From Mesorhizobium sp. (GTDB lineage Bacteria; Pseudomonadota; Alphaproteobacteria; Rhizobiales; Rhizobiaceae), in NCBI RefSeq assembly GCF_004020545.1, contig NZ_SAQE01000006.1: a stretch of DNA of 64,000 bases; one strand, written 5' to 3'. Below are positions 27,659 to 35,547 of the stretch, piece after piece; position 1 is the stretch's first letter, and each line of letters begins with the position of its first letter. The notes under the pieces are model-generated. The model searched no databases. It was not told the DNA's origin and saw only the letters and a program-made list of their open reading frames with translations. The position numbers and the translations under genes are program-made.

Positions 27659-27846
27659 GGCGCACCCCTCCCCGGAAATGGAATCATGGCGTCGGCCGTC
27701 GTCTCCAGTCAAGCCAAGTTTCAAGCCATGATTCGATCGGTCTATTTGCCACCAGGAAATCAAGCCGATTGTGTTTCGGCACGATATGCTTGGCGTCCGA
27801 AACATACATTCGGAAAATGACGATCGCGCCGAGTGACAGAGGCTTC

Positions 27847-27862
27847 TGTGATCGCCTTCACA
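27847..27862. promoter_or_regulatory. Perfect CRP-type box TGTGA-N6-TCACA in the divergent protease / crp-like intergenic region
   Basis: TGTGATCGCCTTCACA read directly from the sequence. Its centre is ~197 nt upstream of the protease ATG (27658) and ~340-395 nt upstream of the regulator start candidates. Confidence 0.65.
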
Positions 27863-28248
27863 TACGTCGGGCGAGCTTCACGCACAAATATTGCACCGGG
27901 TGGCACTGGCTTCTGCTTCGATGCACAGGTCCGACAAGGCTTCCGGCCTGAAAATGGGCCGTTCCTCGGCAAGGAATTTCGATCACCTAGCCATTTTCAG
28001 ATTTGCTGTCTGCGCGCGTAGGCACCTCCCACCGACGCGCGCGGACGGCGTTTCGAAGATCGATCGCGCTCCGCCAGGCGTGTCAGTCAATCAATTGCGG
28101 GGTCACCTGTTTTTCGAAGCAGGTTGGCGTCCGGGACTGCTGCCAGAGGCATGTCGCCCGGCGACTGGCGACCATGAACGGAGACGAAGCTATGATCGAG
28201 CATGCACTTGTCCTACAATTTCCCCTCAACGAGAGGCGGAATCGCATC

Positions 28249-28935
28249 ATGGCCACAGCCGGCATAGACGACAGGAGCGCCGTGCCGCGCCTGGCGCGGA
28301 TCGACCCGCGCCAGTTCGAGCTGCTGTTCGGCGGCTGCAAGGTCGAACGCTACGCCGCCGGTCAGCACCTGTTCGTTCAGGAGGATGCGTCCGACCGCAT
28401 CTATGGCGTGATGAGCGGCACCGTCGAAATCTCGCTCTATTCGCCGGGCGGACAGAAGCTGGTGGCCAATATCGAGCTCTCGCGCAGCCTTGTCGGCGAG
28501 ATCGGCGCCCTGGACGGACGCCCGCGCACGGCCACCGCCATCTGTCACACCGCTTGCGAGCTGGTTTCACTCAGCCGAACACAACTCTTTGATCGCATTG
28601 AAAAAAATCCGTCGCTGGCGCGTGCCATGATCGAACTGCTATGCGCGCGGCTGCGCTGGGTCAGCGGCGAACTAGGCGACCAGGCTTTCTTCGGCATCGA
28701 GGCCCGACTGGCGAAGCGGCTGGTGTTCCTCAGCGGTGTCATGGCAGACCCTGCCGGCTGGGTTCCGATCTCGCAGTCGGAGCTTGGCGAGTTCCTCGGC
28801 GCGACGCGCGAATCGGTCAACAAGACGCTCAACGACTGGCGCAACCGGCACATGATCGCCATCAAGCGCGGAGGGCTGCGCATCACCAACGCCGCCGCGC
28901 TGAACCAGATCGCCGAATCGCAGGACGACGACTGA
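28249..28935 (+). CDS. Crp/Fnr-family cNMP-binding transcriptional regulator
   Basis: cNMP-binding fold (YAAGQHLFVQEDASDRIYGVMSGTVEISLYSPGGQKLV...GEIGALDGRPRTATAI) plus a C-terminal HTH ISQSELGEFLGATRESVNKTLNDW with a CRP-like R-E pair. In-frame alternative starts exist at 28174 and 28192 (GGAG before 28192). Confidence 0.85.
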   Translation: MATAGIDDRSAVPRLARIDPRQFELLFGGCKVERYAAGQHLFVQEDASDRIYGVMSGTVEISLYSPGGQKLVANIELSRSLVGEIGALDGRPRTATAICHTACELVSLSRTQLFDRIEKNPSLARAMIELLCARLRWVSGELGDQAFFGIEARLAKRLVFLSGVMADPAGWVPISQSELGEFLGATRESVNKTLNDWRNRHMIAIKRGGLRITNAAALNQIAESQDDD

Positions 28936-28953
28936 GCGAGCCGGCCCCCCGAA

Positions 28954-31900
28954 TCAGAGCCGCGAAATCAGGTATCGCAGCGCGGACCGGCTCGGCATGA
29001 AGAAGTAGCCGCCGCCCTTCGTGGTGACGAATTGCGGCACGTCCTTGAGCATGGTGACCTTTTCCCATGATGGGATCGAGAACCGGCCGCCACCGTCACG
29101 CGCACCGATCGTCGGATCCTTTTCCGCGACCAGGCCCTGGAACGAGCTCGAGGAAACCCAGGTCTGCTGGATGAACTCGTACTGACGCTCGATGTCGGCG
29201 TTGAGGCACATGAAGAGCAGCCCCTTCTCGACCTTCCCGCTCCGGTCCTGCTTTTCATAGGTGCGGCCGACGCGCAGGATGCGGTGGCGCTTGCCGATCC
29301 TGATCTGCGTCTCGCGGTCCTCGCCAAGCGAATCGCGCGGATTGGAGCGGCGTATGTGCGAGCCGAGCGGGCAGCGATGCCCTTGCGGGTCTTCCACACC
29401 AAGCGCGAAATCATTGTCGGTGCCGCGGCCCGGGCGGCCGTCGGGGTTGCGCACCAGCGAACTGCCGTCCTGCCAGCGCCCCAGCATCTTGGCCGCCACC
29501 CAGCGCGGCGTGACGGCATCGTCGCCAGTCTCGCGCGCAGCCAGCGCGGCGGCATGCTTGCAGTAGTCGTTGAACAACTCGACATGCTGCTCGAACTGGC
29601 GCACGACGAGGAAGGAACCGTTGCGGCCGAAGTCGCGTGGCGGCGGAGGCTGACCGGGAATCTGCCGGTTCCGCCGCACCTGCGACAGGATGCCTATCCG
29701 ATCCTGCGCCGCCTGGACGGAGGGCGAGGCCGGATAAAACCCGTGCTCGTCGCGATAGCCGAACAGGAATTCGCCGGGCGCGACCAGATGCATCGGTGCG
29801 GCCCCCTTGTTGGCGCGCGACGTGCCCCTGACGATCGGTTGCGAGACACCGTCGGCGAAGCCGAAATGCTCATAGGCGCGCTGGCGCTCGGGCTTGCCGT
29901 TGTTGCCGATATGCTGGGATTTCACGCCCTCCTTCTTGGGCTCGCGGTTCACGACAAGCGGCAACTCGGCGACGATCTTCATCCCGGCGCCTGCCGTCTT
30001 TCGCTTCGCGGCGGTGACCTCGGCCTTGAGCGCGGCCGGCTCCTTGGCGTAGCAGATGACAACCGCGTCGACCGGCGTCTTGGCCGAGCCCCATTGCCAT
30101 TTGTCGGGCGCGTCCGGCCCTTGGTCGTCGAGGATGCGGCTGCGCTCAGGATTTCCCATGCCGTGACGAAAAGCGACCGGAAACGTGTCCAACGGATCAT
30201 CGTCGACGCCGCCCTCCAGCCCGAGCCGACGAAGGCCGTCGGGGCCGAAGGCGACTGTCATGGCCCGTCCGGCGGGCACGCCGTCGCCGAAGCTGGTTTT
30301 ATCGATGACGAAGTCCAGCCATGCCTTGCGTTGCATTGCCGGCAGATCCTCGGGCACCCGGATTGCCAGCATATGCCCGTAACCGAGCGCGCCGAAAGGA
30401 CCGAAGAAGATCGATTGGATCTCGCCGGCTTCCAGTTCTTCGAGAGGCGAAGGGGCCGGCTCGCGGCCGACGGTTTCCGCCGGCCTCGCCTGCGGCCGCT
30501 GCAACGAGCCGAACAGGCTCACCCAGTCGCGCGCCTCGTTGCCGATGGCCGAAGCCATGCCGCGCCTTATCCTGGAGTTGATGCGGATGCGGGTGGTGTT
30601 GAGATGCGGATAGGCGGAATACCAGAAGAGCGTCGGCACCTGCTGGCGCCGCGCCCAGCGCTTGAAGCGGTCGCCGTCGCGCGCGCCGTCGAGGAAGAGC
30701 CAGCGCGTGCGCGGATAACCTTCCGTGTTGCTCCACACCCCGGTCAGGCCTTCGGAGGCCTTGGCTATGAAGTCCTCCAGATAGCTTTCCCAGCTACCGC
30801 CGTAGTTGGAGAAGAACATGAGCTTGCCGGTACCCGGCAGCAGCACCCAACGCGCGAAGTGGATGGTGTTGATGGTGGCAAGGAAGCCCGGCTTGAACAC
30901 CTTCTGCGCCGATATCGAGATCAGGTAGAAGGTGAGCCTCAGCGCCAGCCGCCGCAAGGTGCCCGCCTTCATCGTCGAGATCGCGGTGAGATGGTTCTGC
31001 GCGCAGTGGTCCTCATTGGCGAGGATCTTGTCCAGGGCGCCTATGTCGACCGGCGTGCTCTGCGGCCGGTCCTTGTCCTCGAGGCGCCGCAGGCCGAGGA
31101 AGCACAAGCCGACGAACAGCAGGGCTATCGCCAGCAGCCCCAGAAGGGCCAGCAGAAGTGCGGTGCCGGCAATCGCGATGTTGGTGAAGGTGATGCCGTG
31201 GGGGTTTCCGAACACAAGCAAATAGGTCATGCGCCAGCAGGCAAGTACGACGATCGCGACGGTGACGAGCACTGCCGGCGCGAGCAACGTCGTGGTCAAG
31301 GCCCGCCACCAGCGGCCCGGCGGCCGCTCCAGCAGGCTTTCGGCCGGCTCGAAGGCCCAGCCGAATTGTCCCAGCGCCTGGGCATGGCGACGTGCCTCGG
31401 TAAGGACCGCAAGGGCGTTGCCGGTACCGGCGCGCGGCTTTTCGACGATCTCGCGCACACTGTCGGCAAGCCTGGCCTCGGCCAGGATGCGGCGCACCGA
31501 ATGGCCGGGCGTGCCCGAAAAAACCAGCCCCGCCGTGCTGCCGAAGGACGGCGATATTTCGATATGATGTTTCTTCAGGAAATCCTCCAGCGAGCCGCCG
31601 TCGGACAGGCCGCAAACATCCCTGAAAATCGGCCTCAGCCGGTGGCCTATGGCCTGCGTGATGGCGCCGATGACATCGTTGGTGCTGCCGTCGCCGGAGA
31701 TTTCGAACACGAGCGCCCCCGTGTCGAGGCCCGATCTCTCGTCCTTCCCGGTGGCGGCGACGGCCAGGCTGGTGAAATGTATCGATCCGACCTTGTCGAG
31801 CGCACCGCCCACCTCGTCGATCGCCGGATTGCCGAGGGCGCCGACCTTGTCGCGGACGGCGTCCAACGGCACGGCGCAGGTGATCGGGCAAACCACGGTG

Positions 31901-33234
31901 ACCATTGATTGGTCGACCGTGCGGCAAAGCGGTGAGCGCTCGAAATCGACCTTGAGGTTCGCTGGATAAGCGCCGACATAGGCCAATTTGCCGGCCCTGC
32001 CCCGGACGCGATTGAGCTTTGGCTTGCTGAACAGGGCGCGAACGCATTCGCCGATCTGTATCCGGGCGATCTCCGCACCGATGCACAAGTGAATGCCGTG
32101 GCCGAAAACCATGTAATCGCGGTGTGGCCGCGAGGTATCGAATTCTTTTGGCCGTTGCACGATTTCCGGATCGAACATCGCCGACAGCGTTGCCGGCATC
32201 ACGACCGTTCCCGCCTTGACCAGATGCTCGCGGCGCGTGCCCTGGCCGATGATCGCGTCACGCCTGGTGTAACGCCAGGGCCCGATCCAGATCGGCTTGA
32301 AGCGCATGGCTTCGAGTATCGCCCTGTCGAGCTTGTCGATGCTGTCCTCGGCAAGCGCCGCATCGACGGCCTGCCGCGCATCGGTGCGCGACAGGATCAC
32401 GTCCAGGCAATTGCCCCCGGCAAGCACGTTGGTCGGCACGAAGCCGGCGATCATGCCGAGCATGATGGAGTGGATATCGGGCAGCGACAGACGCTTCTGA
32501 TCGAGCTGGGCGACAAGCCGCGCCAGCGGCCGGTCGTCTTTCTCCTGCCTGTTTCTGATCGCGGCGATCGAACGATCGATGACCTTGATCAGGCGATCTC
32601 CGCCGACGACCGCGAGTTGGCGCGTGGTGGCGTCGGCAAACGGATCGGAGAAGAACAGCGCGCTGAGCGCGATCGACCAGTCGGCGAATTCGGTCTCGTC
32701 GTCGATCTCGAGGCCGAAATAGTCCCGGCAGATGCGCACCGGGACGATCTTCATCAGCCCGGCGACAGCATCGAAGCCCGGGGCGGCGCGGGTCATGATA
32801 TCGCGCGAATGGCGCTCGGCGATCGGCCTGACGGTGGTTTCGACCTGCGACGGCGGAAAGGCGCTGAGCACGGCGGACTTCATCTGCCGATACGCGGCGC
32901 CGTCCTGCATGCCGAGAATGAAGTTCGATCCCCTCGCCAGCTCGGTCATTTCCGGCCCGTATGGCGTCTCGAACTCGTCGCCGCGTTCCAATATGTCGCG
33001 GACGTCCACACCCTTGGTAACGAGGAGAAATCTGCTACCTATGGCGAGGTTCGGGTGGCAGCGCCGCAGCCAGGCCAGCCACCAATGAGGATGATCCTGC
33101 ACCAGGAACCTGGCTATGCGCGCCGACAGGCCCTTCTTGCGCAGCCGATCGATGTCGAAAGGCGGCATTGCCGACACGGGGCCTTGTTTTTTCTGGGCTT
33201 CCCAAATGCCTTTGAAATACTTCCAGTTGATCAT
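28954..33234 (-). CDS. Fusion hemoprotein: cytochrome P450 + two-TM hairpin + conserved unassigned domain + DyP-type peroxidase
   Basis: Uninterrupted 1426-aa ORF. P450: ExxR (LEAMRF) and Cys loop FGHGIHLCIGAEIA. TM helices: WWRALTTTLLAPAVLVTVAIVVLACW and IAIAGTALLLALLGLLAIALLFVGLCFLGL. Mid motif: TIHFARWVLLPG...FFSNYGGSWESYLEDFI. DyP: EHFGFADGVSQP, GSHIRRSNPRD, RILRVGRTY, LLFMCLNADIERQYEFIQQTW. Confidence 0.88.
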   Translation of the reverse strand: MINWKYFKGIWEAQKKQGPVSAMPPFDIDRLRKKGLSARIARFLVQDHPHWWLAWLRRCHPNLAIGSRFLLVTKGVDVRDILERGDEFETPYGPEMTELARGSNFILGMQDGAAYRQMKSAVLSAFPPSQVETTVRPIAERHSRDIMTRAAPGFDAVAGLMKIVPVRICRDYFGLEIDDETEFADWSIALSALFFSDPFADATTRQLAVVGGDRLIKVIDRSIAAIRNRQEKDDRPLARLVAQLDQKRLSLPDIHSIMLGMIAGFVPTNVLAGGNCLDVILSRTDARQAVDAALAEDSIDKLDRAILEAMRFKPIWIGPWRYTRRDAIIGQGTRREHLVKAGTVVMPATLSAMFDPEIVQRPKEFDTSRPHRDYMVFGHGIHLCIGAEIARIQIGECVRALFSKPKLNRVRGRAGKLAYVGAYPANLKVDFERSPLCRTVDQSMVTVVCPITCAVPLDAVRDKVGALGNPAIDEVGGALDKVGSIHFTSLAVAATGKDERSGLDTGALVFEISGDGSTNDVIGAITQAIGHRLRPIFRDVCGLSDGGSLEDFLKKHHIEISPSFGSTAGLVFSGTPGHSVRRILAEARLADSVREIVEKPRAGTGNALAVLTEARRHAQALGQFGWAFEPAESLLERPPGRWWRALTTTLLAPAVLVTVAIVVLACWRMTYLLVFGNPHGITFTNIAIAGTALLLALLGLLAIALLFVGLCFLGLRRLEDKDRPQSTPVDIGALDKILANEDHCAQNHLTAISTMKAGTLRRLALRLTFYLISISAQKVFKPGFLATINTIHFARWVLLPGTGKLMFFSNYGGSWESYLEDFIAKASEGLTGVWSNTEGYPRTRWLFLDGARDGDRFKRWARRQQVPTLFWYSAYPHLNTTRIRINSRIRRGMASAIGNEARDWVSLFGSLQRPQARPAETVGREPAPSPLEELEAGEIQSIFFGPFGALGYGHMLAIRVPEDLPAMQRKAWLDFVIDKTSFGDGVPAGRAMTVAFGPDGLRRLGLEGGVDDDPLDTFPVAFRHGMGNPERSRILDDQGPDAPDKWQWGSAKTPVDAVVICYAKEPAALKAEVTAAKRKTAGAGMKIVAELPLVVNREPKKEGVKSQHIGNNGKPERQRAYEHFGFADGVSQPIVRGTSRANKGAAPMHLVAPGEFLFGYRDEHGFYPASPSVQAAQDRIGILSQVRRNRQIPGQPPPPRDFGRNGSFLVVRQFEQHVELFNDYCKHAAALAARETGDDAVTPRWVAAKMLGRWQDGSSLVRNPDGRPGRGTDNDFALGVEDPQGHRCPLGSHIRRSNPRDSLGEDRETQIRIGKRHRILRVGRTYEKQDRSGKVEKGLLFMCLNADIERQYEFIQQTWVSSSSFQGLVAEKDPTIGARDGGGRFSIPSWEKVTMLKDVPQFVTTKGGGYFFMPSRSALRYLISRL

Positions 33235-33313
33235 GCGCGTTCGGCCCCCCGGCTGTCCACGTCACTGCGATGCCGGCCGTCTCTTTGGCCTAGGTTTGGT
33301 TCGGTCCGGCGTA

Positions 33314-33329
33314 TGTGAATTCCGTCACA
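33314..33329. promoter_or_regulatory. Perfect CRP-type box TGTGA-N6-TCACA upstream of the P450-DyP gene
   Basis: TGTGAATTCCGTCACA read directly, in the 119-nt gap between the cyclase stop (33354) and the P450-DyP ATG (33234). Its centre is ~88 nt upstream of the ATG. Confidence 0.7.
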
Positions 33330-33353
33330 GTCCTTTGTCTTCGGCGATGGTGA

Positions 33354-35135
33354 TCATGCAATGGACTTGGCTTGGTCGAAATTGGCGATCAGGAAGTTGT
33401 TTTTTGCCGCGTCTACGAACGGTATCCAGCGAATTCTCTGCTCGGAAAAGTCGGGATGTCTGGTCGCGAAAATGGCAAGTTCCCGCTTGGCCTCGTCGCG
33501 GCGGCCGCTTCGCATCAAGGCGCCGATCTTGAGAAACCTGGCGTAGAAATAGCCCGGCGAAAGGTTGAGCGAGCGATCGGCAATTGCAATTGCCGCGGGC
33601 CAGTCCTCGACGAAGCAGTATGCGGCGGCCAGTTCCCCAAGATTGTGGAAGCGGTAGAGGTCGAACGGGCTGAGCCGCTCAGTATCCAGGAAGAACGGGA
33701 TCGCGCCTGCGGCATCGCCGAGCAGCAGGCGCGCGCTGCCCATTGCCGAGCGGGCGAAAGCAAAGCTCGGATTGATGTGGATCGCTTCGGCCAGATGCTC
33801 GGCGGCCGACGCCGGCTGGCCGCGCATGATGTCGGCCGCGCCAAGATAAGCGTGCGGGCGCGCGTCGAGGCTGTCCATCAGAAGCGCTTTGCGCGCCAGC
33901 GCCTCGACCTTGTCCAGGTCGTCGCTGTCGCCGAAGCGCAGCCAGGCCCGCCAAAAATACCACCATGCCAGTTCGTTCAGCACGGCGCTGGAATTCGGAT
34001 CCTCCTGGTAGGCCTTGTCGAAGAATTCGAGTGCGATTTCCGTGTCGCTTCGCGTGCGCCTGTTCATGTGCCAGCGGCCGCGCCGCACCAATTGCCAGGT
34101 CTCGAGACTCTCCCATGGCACCTGGAAGGTCCGCACCTGCTCGGCCCGGTCGACTTCCTTGTCGAGGATCGAGACGATCTCGGAGCCGATCTGGTCGCGC
34201 AGGCTGAAGATATCGACGAGGTCGCGGTCGAAGCGCTGTGACCAGACGAGGCGCCCGTTCGACGTATCGGTGAGCGAGGCATTGAGGCGTATCTGCCCGT
34301 TGTGGCGCGCCAGCGTGCCGCTGACGATGTAGCGCGCGCCGAGCGCATTGCCGATGAGCCTGGTCCCGAGGCTGTCGTCGCGGAACTGGAAGCTTGAGCC
34401 CTTGGCGATCACCGAAAGCCAACGGGTATTGGAGAGGCCATAAATGATATCCTCGGCGATACCATCGGCCATGTATTCGACATCGGGCTCGCTTCCGTCG
34501 CCCTGGAACGGCAGCACCGCGATTGCCGGCGGTCCCTTGGCAGCGGGTTTGTAGTGACCGGGCGCTGTGGGGATGGCGGCCAAGGGAGCCGCCATCGCGG
34601 CACCGTTGCCATCGCGCCCGGCTATCAGGACGCGCACCGGCAACGCGATGTTCTTCAGCATGAACTCGCCGAGATCGGTGAAATTCGCTGCCGTCTTGTC
34701 CTTGACGTGATGCCAGGTCGTCTCGGAAATGGCGAGGCCGTCATGCGGGGCGAACTCCTGGAGCCGGGCGGCAATGTTGACGTCGTCGCCATAGAGGCGG
34801 CCTTCGCGGACGATGACGTCGCCTGTGTTGATCCCGGCCCGGAACGGCATGCGCATCTCTTCGGCGACCGAGGCATTGAGTGCCATGATCCGATCCTGGA
34901 AATCGAAGGCCGCGCGCAAGGCTTCGATCGGATTGCCGAATTCGGCCATGATGCTGTCGCCGGCGACGCCAAAGGTGCGGCCGCCAAAGGCGCCGCAGCT
35001 GTCGGTGATGATATCGCGCCTTTCCTCGAAGGCCGCGACGGCAAGTTCGTCATCGATTCCCATCAGCCGTGAAAAGCCCACGGCGTCGATAGAAATGATG
35101 GTCGCGAGCTGACGGGTATAGTTCCGTTCAGCCAT
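33354..35135 (-). CDS. Class III adenylate/guanylate cyclase with C-terminal TPR region
   Basis: 593 aa from ATG 35135: MAERNYTRQLATIISIDAVGFSRLMGIDDE...FGVAGDSIMAEFG...GINTGDVIV...YGDDVNIAARL (CYCc motifs), followed by a long helical-repeat/TPR-like C-terminal half. Confidence 0.85.
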   Translation of the reverse strand: MAERNYTRQLATIISIDAVGFSRLMGIDDELAVAAFEERRDIITDSCGAFGGRTFGVAGDSIMAEFGNPIEALRAAFDFQDRIMALNASVAEEMRMPFRAGINTGDVIVREGRLYGDDVNIAARLQEFAPHDGLAISETTWHHVKDKTAANFTDLGEFMLKNIALPVRVLIAGRDGNGAAMAAPLAAIPTAPGHYKPAAKGPPAIAVLPFQGDGSEPDVEYMADGIAEDIIYGLSNTRWLSVIAKGSSFQFRDDSLGTRLIGNALGARYIVSGTLARHNGQIRLNASLTDTSNGRLVWSQRFDRDLVDIFSLRDQIGSEIVSILDKEVDRAEQVRTFQVPWESLETWQLVRRGRWHMNRRTRSDTEIALEFFDKAYQEDPNSSAVLNELAWWYFWRAWLRFGDSDDLDKVEALARKALLMDSLDARPHAYLGAADIMRGQPASAAEHLAEAIHINPSFAFARSAMGSARLLLGDAAGAIPFFLDTERLSPFDLYRFHNLGELAAAYCFVEDWPAAIAIADRSLNLSPGYFYARFLKIGALMRSGRRDEAKRELAIFATRHPDFSEQRIRWIPFVDAAKNNFLIANFDQAKSIA

Positions 35136-35247
35136 GGTTGAGCCCCCGGTCCCTGCTTTCGGTCCAGAACAGGCGACTTCCGCTGGAAAAAGCACTTCGC
35201 CGTTTGCCGACAAAACAATCCCCGGCAGGCTCGGCGCGCCGTTGCCA

Positions 35248-35274
35248 CCCTGTTAGGCCGGAAGTCTAACAGGG
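35248..35274. promoter_or_regulatory. Perfect 9-bp inverted repeat upstream of the cyclase gene (operator candidate)
   Basis: CCCTGTTAG-gccggaagt-CTAACAGGG, ~115-140 nt upstream of ATG 35135, with no adjacent U-tract on either strand. Confidence 0.4.
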
Positions 35275-35547
35275 TCTGGCCAAAAGCTCTACCACGAACA
35301 GCTAATGGAATGCGTCTGCGGCCCGACCCATGGTTAGCCCTTTGTTACCTGAAGCACCAGGTAGCAGAAACTTCCTTACATATTGAAATCCCGAGACTTT
35401 GGCTTTTTCAGGAGCTTGCAAACGAACCATGGAAGCGCTCTTGCCAGCCAGTCCGTGGAGCAGGCATTATCCGACCGTGGCGGAACCAACCCGGCTGGGA
35501 TGCGAATTTTTCAGCGCACTCATGCCAACACGAGATTGAGGGCAGTC

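Noticed and set aside
23918-27820. 1300-aa plus-strand ORF spanning the whole protease locus
   Set aside because: It is Arg/Ala/Gly-rich with no recognisable motif. This is typical of shadow ORFs in high-GC DNA. The opposite strand carries complete S8 and HExxH catalytic motif sets and a strong SD.
29284-31908. 874-aa plus-strand ORF (and the 32089..33318 ORF) antisense to the P450-DyP gene
   Set aside because: It has the same shadow-ORF composition (runs of R, A, G, D, E). The minus-strand frame has P450 and DyP signatures throughout.
33235-33353. Tiny RiPP-type precursor ORF upstream of the P450 (as in biarylitide-like P450 clusters)
   Set aside because: Translating the minus strand of the gap gives no ATG-initiated peptide. 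There is only a 12-codon GTG frame overlapping the CRP box and lacking an SD.
22089-35547. Classical integrative island or prophage at tRNA-Val (integrase, att direct repeat, phage genes)
   Set aside because: No integrase, recombinase, transposase or phage structural ORF is present in any frame. The longest match to the tRNA 3' end that I spotted is a 7-nt tccctgc near 35.16 kb, which is insignificant. I therefore describe it only as a tRNA-adjacent accessory block.
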